64,000 nucleotides of DNA from Gaiellaceae bacterium (lineage in GTDB: Bacteria; Actinomycetota; Thermoleophilia; Gaiellales; Gaiellaceae): positions 5 through 64,004 of the forward strand of contig DATENZ010000055.1 in the NCBI GenBank assembly GCA_035274625.1. Reading direction: 5' to 3'. The position numbers and the translations under genes are program-made. This document shows, one piece after another, positions 43,729 to 53,500 of this stretch (position 1 is its first letter; each line of letters begins with the position of its first letter). The notes under the pieces are model-generated. The model saw only the letters and a program-made list of their open reading frames with translations, had not been told where the DNA came from and did no database searches.

Positions 43729-44394
43729 CTAGCCCGCGTCCGCCAGGTACAGGATGACCGCCTTCACCCGCTTGTGGACGGCGGTCTCCCAACCCAGGCC
43801 GAGCTTGAGGAAGATCGAGTGGATCACCTTCTCGACCGAGCGTTCGGTGACGAACAGCGCCTCGGCGATCGCGGCGTTGTTCTTCCCCTCCGCCATCTCT
43901 CGCAGCACGTCACGCTCGCGGGCAGTCAGTTCCTGGAGCGGCGACTGCTCACCGCGAGCCTTCTCGGCCACGAGCTCCTCGACGACCTTCGGGTCGATCA
44001 CCGACCCGCCGTCCGCAACCGCGCGGATTGCCGCCGACAGCTGTTCGACGTCCTCGACGCGCTCCTTCAGCAGGTACGCGCGTCCGGCCGTGCCCTCCTC
44101 CAGCAGGGTGAGTGCGTACGTGGGCTGCGAGTACTGGCTGAGCACGACGACTCCGACCTCCGGATGCGTCTCGCGCAGCTGTCCGGCAGCCCGAATCCCC
44201 TCGTCGATCCCGCCCGGGGGCATGCGGATGTCCGTGACGACGACGTCCGCCTGCTCGGCTTCGACCGCCGCAAGGAGCGAATCGAGATCGCCGCAGACGG
44301 CGACCACCTCCAGGTCCGGCTGCGCCTCGAGTAGACGGCGCACGCCCTCACGTAGCAGGTAATGGTCGTCCGCGAGGACGATGCGGATTGCCAC
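43729..44394 (-). CDS. NarL/LuxR-family response regulator
   Basis: Receiver domain (LADDH, VVVTDIRMP) plus a LuxR HTH (LTARERDVLREMAEGKNNAAIAEALFVTERSVEKVI). Confidence 0.9.
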   Translation of the reverse strand: MAIRIVLADDHYLLREGVRRLLEAQPDLEVVAVCGDLDSLLAAVEAEQADVVVTDIRMPPGGIDEGIRAAGQLRETHPEVGVVVLSQYSQPTYALTLLEEGTAGRAYLLKERVEDVEQLSAAIRAVADGGSVIDPKVVEELVAEKARGEQSPLQELTARERDVLREMAEGKNNAAIAEALFVTERSVEKVIHSIFLKLGLGWETAVHKRVKAVILYLADAG

Positions 44395-44412
44395 GCGGAC
44401 AACAATACGGCG

Positions 44413-44787
44413 ATGACGGCCCAGGGACCGCTCGTCCTGATCGTCGACGACAACGAGCGCAACCGGAAGCTCGCCCGGGAGGTTCTGCAGCTCGCCGGGT
44501 TCCGGACGGTCGAGGCGGCGACCGGCCGAGCGGGCATCGAGGTGGCGGTGGAGCACCTCCCGGACGTGATCCTGCTGGACCTGCGGCTGCCGGACATGGA
44601 CGGAACCGCCGTCGCCCGTAGCCTCCGCGACGATCCGCGGACCGCCCCGCTCCCGATCGTGGCGCTCACGTCGCTCGCTCTGCACGACGAGGGCGACTGG
44701 CTCCGGCAGGTCGGCTTCGACGGCTATCTCGAGAAACCGATCGACGTGCGGGAGTTCCCGGAGCACGTGCGCCGCTACTGCCGGTAG
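44413..44787 (+). CDS. Single-domain (CheY/DivK-like) response regulator
   Basis: LIVDDNE, ILLDLRLPDMDG, GFDGYLEKPI. The ATG is 18 nt from the divergent LuxR regulator start. Confidence 0.85.
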   Translation: MTAQGPLVLIVDDNERNRKLAREVLQLAGFRTVEAATGRAGIEVAVEHLPDVILLDLRLPDMDGTAVARSLRDDPRTAPLPIVALTSLALHDEGDWLRQVGFDGYLEKPIDVREFPEHVRRYCR

Positions 44788-44908
44788 CCGGCCGGGTGTG
44801 GGCACGGCGCGCGAGACGGGTGCAGGCACGCTAGACGGCGCTTGTCCCCCGTGTCACGATCGTCGGAGTGCGGGCGCACACGTCGGGATCGGGAGGAGGC
44901 TGAAAGGG

Positions 44909-45406
44909 ATGCGGAAGCTCGTCGTGGCGGGTTTGCTCACGGCTGCCGTCGTGCCGCTCGCCGCGTGCGGCGGTTCGAGCTCGAAGGCGGCCTCGGCCGA
45001 GACGGCCCAGAGGAACGCCGAGATGTTCGAGATCGACCAGATCGAGCGGACGTGGCACCAGGCGGCTTCGACGCACGACCTCGACCTGATGATGTCGATC
45101 TGGGCCCCGGACGCGTCGTTCACCATCGGCGGGAAGACCGTCACGGGCAAGACGGCGATCCGGGCGCTGCTCAGCAAGGCGGGGCCGTTCCAGCCGCAGA
45201 ACCACTGGCTGTCGGACACGCCCGCCTACAAGATCCGCACGACCGTGAGCGGGGAAAAGGGGACGCTCTACTTCGAGTGCCACTACATCGACACGAAGAC
45301 CGGGGAGGTCGCGTCCGTCGTCGGCGCCGACCAGGACGTCGAGAAGATCGACGGGAAGTGGCTGATCACCAACTCCGTCGCCGCGACGCCAAGGCTGAAG
45401 CCCTGA
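44909..45406 (+). CDS. Lipoprotein with an NTF2-like (DUF4440-type) domain
   Basis: Lipobox VVPLAACGG; IERTWHQAASTHDLDLMMSIWAPDASF. Confidence 0.7.
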   Translation: MRKLVVAGLLTAAVVPLAACGGSSSKAASAETAQRNAEMFEIDQIERTWHQAASTHDLDLMMSIWAPDASFTIGGKTVTGKTAIRALLSKAGPFQPQNHWLSDTPAYKIRTTVSGEKGTLYFECHYIDTKTGEVASVVGADQDVEKIDGKWLITNSVAATPRLKP

Positions 45407-47008
45407 GTGGCAGCGAGAGCTCGCGGGCTGCCGCTCGCCCTGCGGGGGTTGCGGCCGCGTAGCGTCGACAACCCGATCGTGCGCGCGGTCGGGCGGATCC
45501 CGGCCAAGGTGCGGACGAAGCTCGTCGTCGCGTTCCTCGGCATCGCCGCGCTGCTCGTCGTCGTGGCGCTGCTGGGCCTTCGCGTCCTCGGCCAGTCGAA
45601 CACGCGCGCCGAGGGTCTCCGGGCGCTGCAGGTCCGCGCGGCCGCGTACCGCGAGCTCGAGACCGAGGCGACGCAGATGCGCCAGCTGCTCGGCCTGTGC
45701 GCCGGAGGCGCCGACTCCGCCAAATGGGTCAACGGCGGCCGTCCGACGGCCGCTCCGTCACCGCAGTGTCTGCGGCAGATCGACGGCGTCGTCGCCTCGG
45801 CCCTGGGCCTCCTCGGCATCGCGACCCGACTCGGCTTCACGCCGGCCGCCGACGAGGCGGTGAGAGTCGGCGAGATCAAGGACATCTACAAACGGCTCCA
45901 GTCGGTGATCGGCGCGATCACGGCGTCGAGCAAGCCGTCCGTTGCCCTCCACGCGCGGGCGGAGAGCCTCGCGATCGACCTCGAGACGCGGGCGACCGCG
46001 GTCGCGGAGTCGACGACGCTGAAGACCGACGCGCTCATCGCCGAGAACCGCCGCTCGTACGCGAGCTCGCGCGACATCTTCATCGGCGTCACCGCCGGGG
46101 CGATCGTCCTCGCACTGCTCCTCGGCCTGATCCTGTCGTGGTCGCTGCTCGGGCCGATCCAGCGGAGCGAGGCACGGCTCGCGGAGATCGCGTCCGGCGA
46201 CTTCTCCGGCCACGTCGACGTGCCGAACCGCGACGAGCTGGGCTCGCTCGCCGCCAACGTCAACCGGATGAACGACGAGCTCCGACGGGTCTACCGCGAG
46301 CTCGAGACGGCGAGCCGGCACAAGAGCGAGTTCCTGGCGAACATGTCGCACGAGCTCCGCACGCCCCTGAACGCGATCATCGGGTTCTCGCAGGTGCTGC
46401 GCGACGGCCTGTTCGGCGAGGTGAACGCGAAGCAGCAGGAGTATCTCGACGACATCCTCACCTCGGGAAACGACCTGCTCGCGCTCATCAACGAGGTCCT
46501 CGACCTCGCCAAGGTCGAGGCCGGCCAGGTCGAGCTCGAGATCGGCCCGTTCTCGCTCCAGGCGGCGCTCGAACGGGGGGTCGTGATGGTGCGCGAGCGC
46601 GCGACGGGAAAGGAGCTCCAGCTCTCGCTGGCGGCCGCTCCGGAGGTCGACGTGATCGAGGGCGACGAGCGGCGTGTGCGCCAGATCGTGTTCAACCTCC
46701 TCTCGAACGCGGTCAAGTTCACCCCGGCGGGCGGCAGCGTGGCCGTCGCGTCGGCGCGCGTCGACGGCGAGGTGCAGGTCTCGGTCACCGACACGGGGCC
46801 GGGGATCGCGCCGAGCGACCACCGCCGGATCTTCGAGGAGTTCCAGCAGACGGAGGTCGGCGTCGAGCAGCGTGAGGGGACCGGGCTCGGGCTCGCGTTG
46901 TCGAAGCGGCTGGTCGAGCTGCACGGCGGCCGGATCTGGGTCGAGAGCGACGTGGGTCGCGGCAGCCGGTTCGTCTTCACCCTCCCTCTTCACGCCGCGC
47001 GACGATGA
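45407..47008 (+). CDS. Sensor histidine kinase (TM-periplasmic-TM-HAMP-HisKA-HATPase)
   Basis: HAMP ([17 protein letters not shown]), H-box [15 protein letters not shown]-box [12 protein letters not shown]-boxes DTGPGI / GTGLGL. The GTG directly follows the upstream stop. Confidence 0.9.
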   Translation: MAARARGLPLALRGLRPRSVDNPIVRAVGRIPAKVRTKLVVAFLGIAALLVVVALLGLRVLGQSNTRAEGLRALQVRAAAYRELETEATQMRQLLGLCAGGADSAKWVNGGRPTAAPSPQCLRQIDGVVASALGLLGIATRLGFTPAADEAVRVGEIKDIYKRLQSVIGAITASSKPSVALHARAESLAIDLETRATAVAESTTLKTDALIAENRRSYASSRDIFIGVTAGAIVLALLLGLILSWSLLGPIQRSEARLAEIASGDFSGHVDVPNRDELGSLAANVNRMNDELRRVYRELETASRHKSEFLANMSHELRTPLNAIIGFSQVLRDGLFGEVNAKQQEYLDDILTSGNDLLALINEVLDLAKVEAGQVELEIGPFSLQAALERGVVMVRERATGKELQLSLAAAPEVDVIEGDERRVRQIVFNLLSNAVKFTPAGGSVAVASARVDGEVQVSVTDTGPGIAPSDHRRIFEEFQQTEVGVEQREGTGLGLALSKRLVELHGGRIWVESDVGRGSRFVFTLPLHAARR

Positions 47009-47379
47009 CCGGCGGCCGCGTCCTGGTCGTGGAGGACAACGAGAAGAACATGAAGCTCTTCCGCGACGTGCTTCAGGCGAAGGGCTACGGCACGCTCGAG
47101 GCCTCGTCAGGCGAGGACGCACTCGAGCTGGCGTCGGCCCACATCCCGGATCTTGTCCTGATGGACGTCCAGCTGCCGGGAATCGACGGGATCGAGACGC
47201 TCGAGCGGCTGCGGGAGAACGAGCGCACGGCGTCGATTCCGGTGCTCGCGCTCACGGCCCAGGCGATGCACGGCGACCGCGAACGCTTCCTCGCCGCGGG
47301 CTTCGACGGCTATCTCTCGAAGCCCGTGGACATCGCGGAGCTCGTGGGCGCGGTCGCGGAGCACTGCCGACCGGCGTAG
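47005..47379 (+). CDS. Single-domain (CheY/DivK-like) response regulator
   Basis: [30 protein letters not shown]. The ATG overlaps the kinase stop (ATGA). Paralogue of 44413..44787. Confidence 0.9.
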   Translation: MTGGRVLVVEDNEKNMKLFRDVLQAKGYGTLEASSGEDALELASAHIPDLVLMDVQLPGIDGIETLERLRENERTASIPVLALTAQAMHGDRERFLAAGFDGYLSKPVDIAELVGAVAEHCRPA

Positions 47380-47805
47380 GCGGTGGCGGCGAATGCCGCG
47401 CCGCCACCGTGTCGGGCCTACAGCCCGAACGCCTCGTGGAGGTCGTAGCGCGCGACCTTCACGCCGAGCGTGACGCCGGCCTCGCCGGAGAAGCGGTAGT
47501 GCAGCCCGCCCCAGTCCCGTGCGTCGACGATCTCGTGTCATTCGCGTGGTTCCGACGCTACGAACGCGCGGCTCGGGGGCCAATCGCGGCCATGTATTCC
47601 CGCGGGGCGCTGGCACGGCAGTGCGTGCCGGGTTGGCCCCCGCGTCAATCCGGCAAAATCTGCCCTTGTCTACAGCGGCAAAGGGTGCAAGTCTTCAGGG
47701 TGAGCTGCGCTCGGTGGCGGAGGGAGAGGTCGTCGCCGAGCGCGGCATTGCGTCTCTCCTGGAGGCCCGGACCCCGCCAAGCCGGTAGAGGTCGGGGGCC
47801 GCAGG

Positions 47806-48873
47806 CTAGCCGCCGGGCAGCTGCGCCAGAGTGACGCGAACCGTCCTGCGACCGTCTTCCGGGCTCGCGACGCTCACGGCAACGGTCTGACCGGGCCGCT
47901 TCGTCGCCAGGACCGAGGCGAGCGCCTGCGGGTCGGGTGTGCGCTGCCCGGCGATTGACACGATCGCCTGACCGACCTGGAGCCCGGCCTTCGCGGCGGG
48001 GCTGCCGGAAATCACGTCCGCGATCACGACCCCCGGGGCGCCGAGCGCCTGACCGACCCGGACGCCGAGGAACGCGCGGCCGGTGCTCGAGACGCGGCCG
48101 CTCGCGACGATCTGCCTCGCGATGAAGAGCGCGCGCCTGCTCGAGATCGCGAAGCTGATCCCGCTGGCGACCGTCCCGGCGGCGGGATTGACGGCGCCGA
48201 GGGTCGGGATCCCGACCATCTCTCCGCGCAGGTTGACGAGGGCGCCGCCGCTGTTTCCGGGGTTGATCGCCGCGCTCGTCTGCACGGTGTCCGGCAGGAC
48301 GATTCCTCCACCCTCCTCGCCCAGCCGGCCGACGGCGCTGACGATCCCCTGCGTCACGCTCGCGCGCAGGCCCAGCGGGTTCCCGATCGCCATCACGATC
48401 TCGCCCACGGCCGCCGACCGCGCCCACGCGATCGGCCGCAGGTTCTGCACGTCGATGTCGATCACGCCGATGTCCTCGGGCGGGAACGACGCGACGAGCG
48501 TCCCGCGTATGCGGCTGCCGTTGTACAGCGTCACCGTGAACGTCTTGGCGTTCCCGATCACGTGCGCGTTCGTGACGATGTGGCCCGCGCGATCGAAGAC
48601 GACGCCCGACCCGAGGCCTTCGGACGTCTCGATCTGCACGACCGACGGCTCGACCGCGCGGACGACGCGCTGGAACTGCTGCGAGAGCGCCTGCGCGGCC
48701 GGAACGACGGGAACCGATGCCGCGGCTGCCGGCGCGTTCGGCCGCGCAGCCGAGGCTCCGCCGCGCGTGCCGGAATAGGCGACCGCCGCTGCGAGCAGGA
48801 CGGTGGCTGCGAGCGCGAGCGGGACGATCCGTCGGCGCATGGACGGGTGGGCTTCCCGGCCGGGGCGCTGCAA
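47806..48873 (-). CDS. HtrA/DegP-family (S1C) serine protease with one PDZ domain
   Basis: TNAHVI (His), DIGVIDI (Asp), GNSGGAL (Ser); PDZ SGSPAAKAGLQVGQAIVSI. An alternative start is ATG 48840 (MRRRIVPL). Confidence 0.9.
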   Translation of the reverse strand: MQRPGREAHPSMRRRIVPLALAATVLLAAAVAYSGTRGGASAARPNAPAAAASVPVVPAAQALSQQFQRVVRAVEPSVVQIETSEGLGSGVVFDRAGHIVTNAHVIGNAKTFTVTLYNGSRIRGTLVASFPPEDIGVIDIDVQNLRPIAWARSAAVGEIVMAIGNPLGLRASVTQGIVSAVGRLGEEGGGIVLPDTVQTSAAINPGNSGGALVNLRGEMVGIPTLGAVNPAAGTVASGISFAISSRRALFIARQIVASGRVSSTGRAFLGVRVGQALGAPGVVIADVISGSPAAKAGLQVGQAIVSIAGQRTPDPQALASVLATKRPGQTVAVSVASPEDGRRTVRVTLAQLPGG

Positions 48874-48890
48874 AACGTCTCGCAGCAGAG

Positions 48891-48916
48891 CGAAGGGCGG
48901 GAAGCCCCGCCCTTCG
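48891..48916 (-). terminator. 10-bp perfect hairpin 27 nt downstream of the M23-gene stop
   Basis: CGAAGGGCGG-GAAGCC-CCGCCCTTCG; no adjacent U-tract. Confidence 0.45.
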
Positions 48917-48942
48917 CGGCCCGACCTCGTCGTCGCTTCGGC

Positions 48943-50442
48943 TTACGCCCAGCCGAGCGACCAGGTCTTCGTCCAGATCTTCGTGATCCCGGTGCCGTCC
49001 GCCTTCAGCCGCAGCGACGCGGCCTCGCCCGTCGCGACCTTGTACCCGAAGACGTAGCCGACGATGCCGATCGAGAAGGGCGTCAGCGCCGTCCAGCCCC
49101 TGGTCCACCTGCTCGAGCCGAGGACCTGCGTTCCCTGCCCGTTCGCGTTCATCCGCTCGAACGAGACGGCCCCGGTGACGGCGCTGTAGGCGATCAGATG
49201 CACTGCACCGGCGTGGTACACGGGAACGAGCTGAGATACGCCCGCCGCGCGAGGCGCCGACGACATCACGTCGAAGGCGACGTAGTCGCCGCTCCCGGTG
49301 ATCCGGTCGATCAGCGTGCTTCCGGTACCGCTCGCGTAGGCGATGAAGTACTGTACGCCGTTCTGGACGAACGGGACGAGGTGCGTCCAGCCCTTACCCC
49401 AATCCGCGGTGTAGAGGATCTTCATGGACGCGCCGTCGGGGTTGATCCGAAGCGTCTTCGCGGTTCCGCTCAGCGAGTTATAGACGACGAAGTACGGCTG
49501 GCCGTCGAGCGTGAACGGCATGAAGTGCGTCCACGACTTGCTGAACAGCGTCTCCCCCACCGTCGTCACGGAGGCACCGAACGGGGTCGCGACGAGGCGG
49601 TCGAGGTCGACCTCGCCGGTTGCCGACTTGTAGGCGAGGTAGTGGGGCACGCCGTCGACCTTGTAGGGCATGAAGTGCGTCCAGCCCTTGCTCCATGTCG
49701 CCGAGTACACCTCGGTCGTGCCCTTGCCGTTCGAGCCGACCAGGTCGATCGCCGCCGCACCGGTTCCGGGCTTGTACTCGAGCTGGTAGTGCGAGCCGCC
49801 GTAGTCGAATCCGAGGAACGAGTTCCCCGCGCAGTTCGCGCTGGTCAGGTGCTCGGCGTCCGACTTGCCCCACTTCCCTACGAGGCCTCCTCCCCACGTC
49901 TGCGCGGACTTGCCGTCGAACGTCGCCCGCACGACGTCGCCGTCCGCCAGCTGGCTGTAGTGCAGGTGATACGTGTCGTTGGCACCGCCCGACTTCCCGA
50001 CGCGCCCGATCTGCTCGCCCTGCGCGACCGACTGCCGGACGGTCAGCGACGGGAGCTGCTCGAGATGGGCATAGCGGGTCTTCCAGCCGTTGCCGTGGTC
50101 GAGGACGACGTAGTAGCCGTAGTCCGGCGCGACGCCGGGGTCGTCGAGCCGGACCGTCTCCACGACGCCGGCCGCCGAGGCGAGCACCGGCTCGCCCTGG
50201 CTCATGTTGTCGCCGCCCGGGCTACCCCGCCACTCGCCGAAGTCGATCGAGTCCAGGTCGTCGTGGCCTACGTAGGTGGAGGCGTCCCACTGCTGTCCGC
50301 AGCTGAAGGGCAGCTGGAAGAGCGGCGTCGGCCCTTCAGCCCTTGCCGCCGGCGAGTAGAGGAGAGCGGTGAGCAGGAATGCCACGAGCGCGAGCCCGAT
50401 CCGCAGGATCTTGCCGAGGCTGAGTGTGAAGCTGGTGGACAT
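48943..50442 (-). CDS. Secreted M23 (LytM-type) peptidase fused to a Trp-rich ~55-aa repeat (propeller-like) domain
   Basis: Signal/TM segment. M23 blocks (DSIDFG, VLDHGNGWKTRYAHL, YHLHY). Then 5-6 repeats of W.KGWTH..P(F/Y)...G.PY...Y....G. RBS AAAGGAG 7 nt before the ATG. Confidence 0.8.
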   Translation of the reverse strand: MSTSFTLSLGKILRIGLALVAFLLTALLYSPAARAEGPTPLFQLPFSCGQQWDASTYVGHDDLDSIDFGEWRGSPGGDNMSQGEPVLASAAGVVETVRLDDPGVAPDYGYYVVLDHGNGWKTRYAHLEQLPSLTVRQSVAQGEQIGRVGKSGGANDTYHLHYSQLADGDVVRATFDGKSAQTWGGGLVGKWGKSDAEHLTSANCAGNSFLGFDYGGSHYQLEYKPGTGAAAIDLVGSNGKGTTEVYSATWSKGWTHFMPYKVDGVPHYLAYKSATGEVDLDRLVATPFGASVTTVGETLFSKSWTHFMPFTLDGQPYFVVYNSLSGTAKTLRINPDGASMKILYTADWGKGWTHLVPFVQNGVQYFIAYASGTGSTLIDRITGSGDYVAFDVMSSAPRAAGVSQLVPVYHAGAVHLIAYSAVTGAVSFERMNANGQGTQVLGSSRWTRGWTALTPFSIGIVGYVFGYKVATGEAASLRLKADGTGITKIWTKTWSLGWA

Positions 50443-50490
50443 TGCGACTCCTTTCTCGTCGTGACTGACGAGTGGAGTCCTATGACGGCG

Positions 50491-50512
50491 CCTTAGGGTG
50501 ACCTTAGGGCGA
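50491..50512 (-). promoter_or_regulatory. Tandem direct repeat CGCCCTAAGG / CACCCTAAGG (11-bp phasing) upstream of the M23 gene
   Basis: Minus-strand reading is TCGCCCTAAGGTCACCCTAAGG, then 8 nt, then TAGGAC. It lies 48 nt upstream of the ATG at 50442 and overlaps the last codons and stop of the regulator gene. Confidence 0.5.
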
Positions 50513-53500
50513 CCCCTCGACCACCGCGGCGAGGGGCCGGAAGCGGCGCCGGCTCGATCTCGATCTCGGCCATCCGGTCGACATACATGCGATACCGGCG
50601 TCGCGCCTCGCCGTGCCTGCCCGCGTGAGCCAGCGCGTCGACGAGCGCCAGGTGCGCTTCCTCGTCGTGTGGGTCGCGCGCCAGGACGCGGAGCAGGTAG
50701 CGCTCGGCGGCATCGGCGTCGCCGGCCAGCGCGTGCAGCGCTCCGAGCTCCCGCGCGACCGCCATGTAGGCCGCGCGAGCCTCCTCGCGCAGGGCGGCCG
50801 CCCAGTCCTCGTACGGGTCGTCTTCCAGGAACTCGCCGGCGTAGCGCTCCTCGGCGAGCGCGAGCGCCTCCTGCGCGTCGGCCGAATCGGCGGCGCGCGC
50901 GAGCCGGAGCGCGTCCTCGGCCTCCCGCAGGAAGAGCTCGACGTCGACCTCCACGTGGGCGAGGTCGAGCCGGAGCGACGCCTTGTCGCCGTCGACGAAG
51001 TGCTCGGCCGGGAACCGACGTTCCGGATCGAGCACGGATCGTGCCGTGCTGATCGCGACCGAGAAGCGGTTGCCGAGCCGCGCCGGATCCTCTCCCGGCC
51101 AGAGCGCTTCCATCAGCGTCTCGCGCGGAACCGGGTGCCCGCGGCGGGCAACGAGGAGCTTGAGCAGATCGCGGGCCTTCTTCGACTGCCACTCCGTGAC
51201 GGCGACCGGCTGGCCGTCCCGGAGGACGACGAACCCCCCGAGCGTCCGGATCGCGACGGGCTCGGCCGCCGTCGGCGGCAGGACGGCGAGGAGACCCGCC
51301 GCCGAGGCCGCCGCTTCGATCCGCACCCCGGCCTCGCGCAGACGCCGTTCGGCTCGCTCGGCCGACCCCGAGGCGGCGCTGCTCGTGCGGGCGATCGCGA
51401 GCGTGACGCGGGCCTCCCCGACCCGATTGCCGAGCTCTCGCCAGACCGAGAGCGCTTCCTCGAGCTGGCGGCGCCGCGTGTCTGCGTCGCCGGCGTGCGA
51501 GAAAGCGTCGAGCTCGAGCGCCTCGGCGAGATCGGCGCGATTGGGGCTGTCGTGCGCGCGCTGGAACGCCTCCGCGGCGAGCGCGCCGGCGCGTTCGGCC
51601 TCGCCGCGGACGAGCGCGACCCAGCCGGCGGCGAGCAGGGCGCGAACGAGCCAGAACTGGAGGCGGCGGCCCTCGTCGACCGCCTGCTCGGCGACGGCGG
51701 CGGCCGCATCCGGATCCTCGGCGGCGAGTGCGCAGGCAAAGCCGGCGCGCAGGTCGACGAGCCCCTGCGCATCCGCGGTCCGCTCGGCCAGCGCGAGCGC
51801 CTCCGTGTACAGAGTGCGCGCGAGCGTGAGATCGCCGCGCTCACGATGCACATGCGCCAGCGCGGCGAGGACGCGCCCCAGCCGCTTCGAGCCCAGGCGG
51901 TCGAAGATCGCCCGCGCCCGCTCCAGGTCAGCGATCGACTCGTCGAAGCGACCGAGGAAGTAGGTGTTCATCGCCCGCGCGTTCAGGACGGCGCCGAGAT
52001 AGAGGTCCGCGTCGGCCACTTCGGCCAGGGCGACCGCGGGCTCCAGGTCGCGAATCGCCTGCGGCGGACTCGCCGGTCCGGCGCGGTTGATCCGGATCCG
52101 GATCACCTGGAGGACGTCACCCGCAGCCTCGGCCGCGTCCAGCGCGTCGTCGAAATGGGCGGTCGCCGCGCTCTCGTCCGCAGCCGCCAGCGCGATCAGG
52201 CCCATCGCGTTGTGCGCGGCGGCGAGTGCGCGCGGATCGTTCGCCGCCACCGCGGCGGCCATCGTCTCGTCGGCGAGGTCGTGCGCTGCCGCGGCCTCGC
52301 CGAGGCTGAAGTGCGTCGCCACGGTCGCGGCGAGCACCAGCGCCTCGTCGCGCGGGCTGGTGCCGTCTCGAATCGCTCGCCGGTAGGACTCCAGCGCCCG
52401 CGACAGGTCGCCTCGTTCGAAGTGAATCCGACCGATCCGCCATGCGAGGCCCGCGGGGATCGCCTCGCAGCCTCCGCCGGCACGCTCGAGGCACGCGAGC
52501 GCCTCCTGCCATTCGCCTCTGAGCGCGTGCGCCGCGCCGACCACCTCCTCCACGCCGGGCTGCCGGCGCTCGACGGGCACAAGCGCGGCGGCCTCGAGGA
52601 CGTCCGCCACAGAGCCTGCTTCGAGCAGTGCGTGACCCCGGCGCGCGAGCAGGCCGGCGACGAGGTCGACGTCCCGAGCGGAAGCGGCAGCGTGGAGCGC
52701 GGCGCGCGAGTCGCCCAGCGACTCCGACCACCGCGCCGCTTCTCCGAAGACCCTCCGGCGTTCCGCGTCCGACACGGGCCAACGCTCGAGCACGAACTCG
52801 CGCACCAATGCGTGCGGCCGGTACCACCCGCCCTCGGGCGTCGGAGAGTGCGCGAGGAGCCCTCGCCGCACGAGCCGCTCGAGCACCTCTCCGGACCGCG
52901 GGCCGCAGATCGCCGTGAAGACGGCCGGCGCGAAGCCCTCGAGCACCGAGACCAGGCTCAGCGCTTCGCGCACGGCCGCGGGCTCGCGCCCGAGGACGCT
53001 CTCCGCGAGGTACGTGAACAGCGCACCGCCGGGCCGCCGCAGGCGGCGTAGAACCTCGTCGTGCTCCGCCGGCGGTGCCGTTTCGAGGGCGTCCAGCGCG
53101 AGCCGGACTGCGCCGGGCCATCCCTGTGTCGCCTCCTGCAGCAGCTGCGCGAGATCCGGATGCGCTTCCCAGAGCGACTCCGCCAGGAGCTCCTCGACCT
53201 CCCCTGGCTGGAAGGCGAGCGCCGCCGCGTCCAGCTCGAGCAGGTCGCCCTCTTTGCGCAGGCGGGCGAGGGGGAACGGCGGCTCGGCGCGCGACGCGAG
53301 CACCACGTGCAGCGTCGGCGGCGCCTGACGGCAAAGCTCCTCGATCAGCCTGGCCGCCGCCGCGCCGGTCAGGCGGTCGAGATCGTCGATGATCAGGACG
53401 ACGTCGTACGCGAGCGACCGCTCGAGCGCCTCCGTCAGCAGCGAGGCGACGGAGGCCGCACGCTCGCGGTCGGCCGCCGCGTTGGGCGCCGGGCCGAGGG

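Noticed and set aside
47107-47616. 169-aa minus-strand ORF overlapping the response-regulator 3' end and the following gap
   Set aside because: The sequence is Arg-rich and not protein-like, and half of it is antisense to a confident CheY-like gene. The only meaningful coding signal in the gap is the short PAP2-like relic in a different frame.
50613-53051. 812-aa plus-strand ORF inside the regulator locus
   Set aside because: It is antisense to the NTPase-TPR-SARP gene, with a low-complexity Arg/Glu/Gly composition and no motifs.
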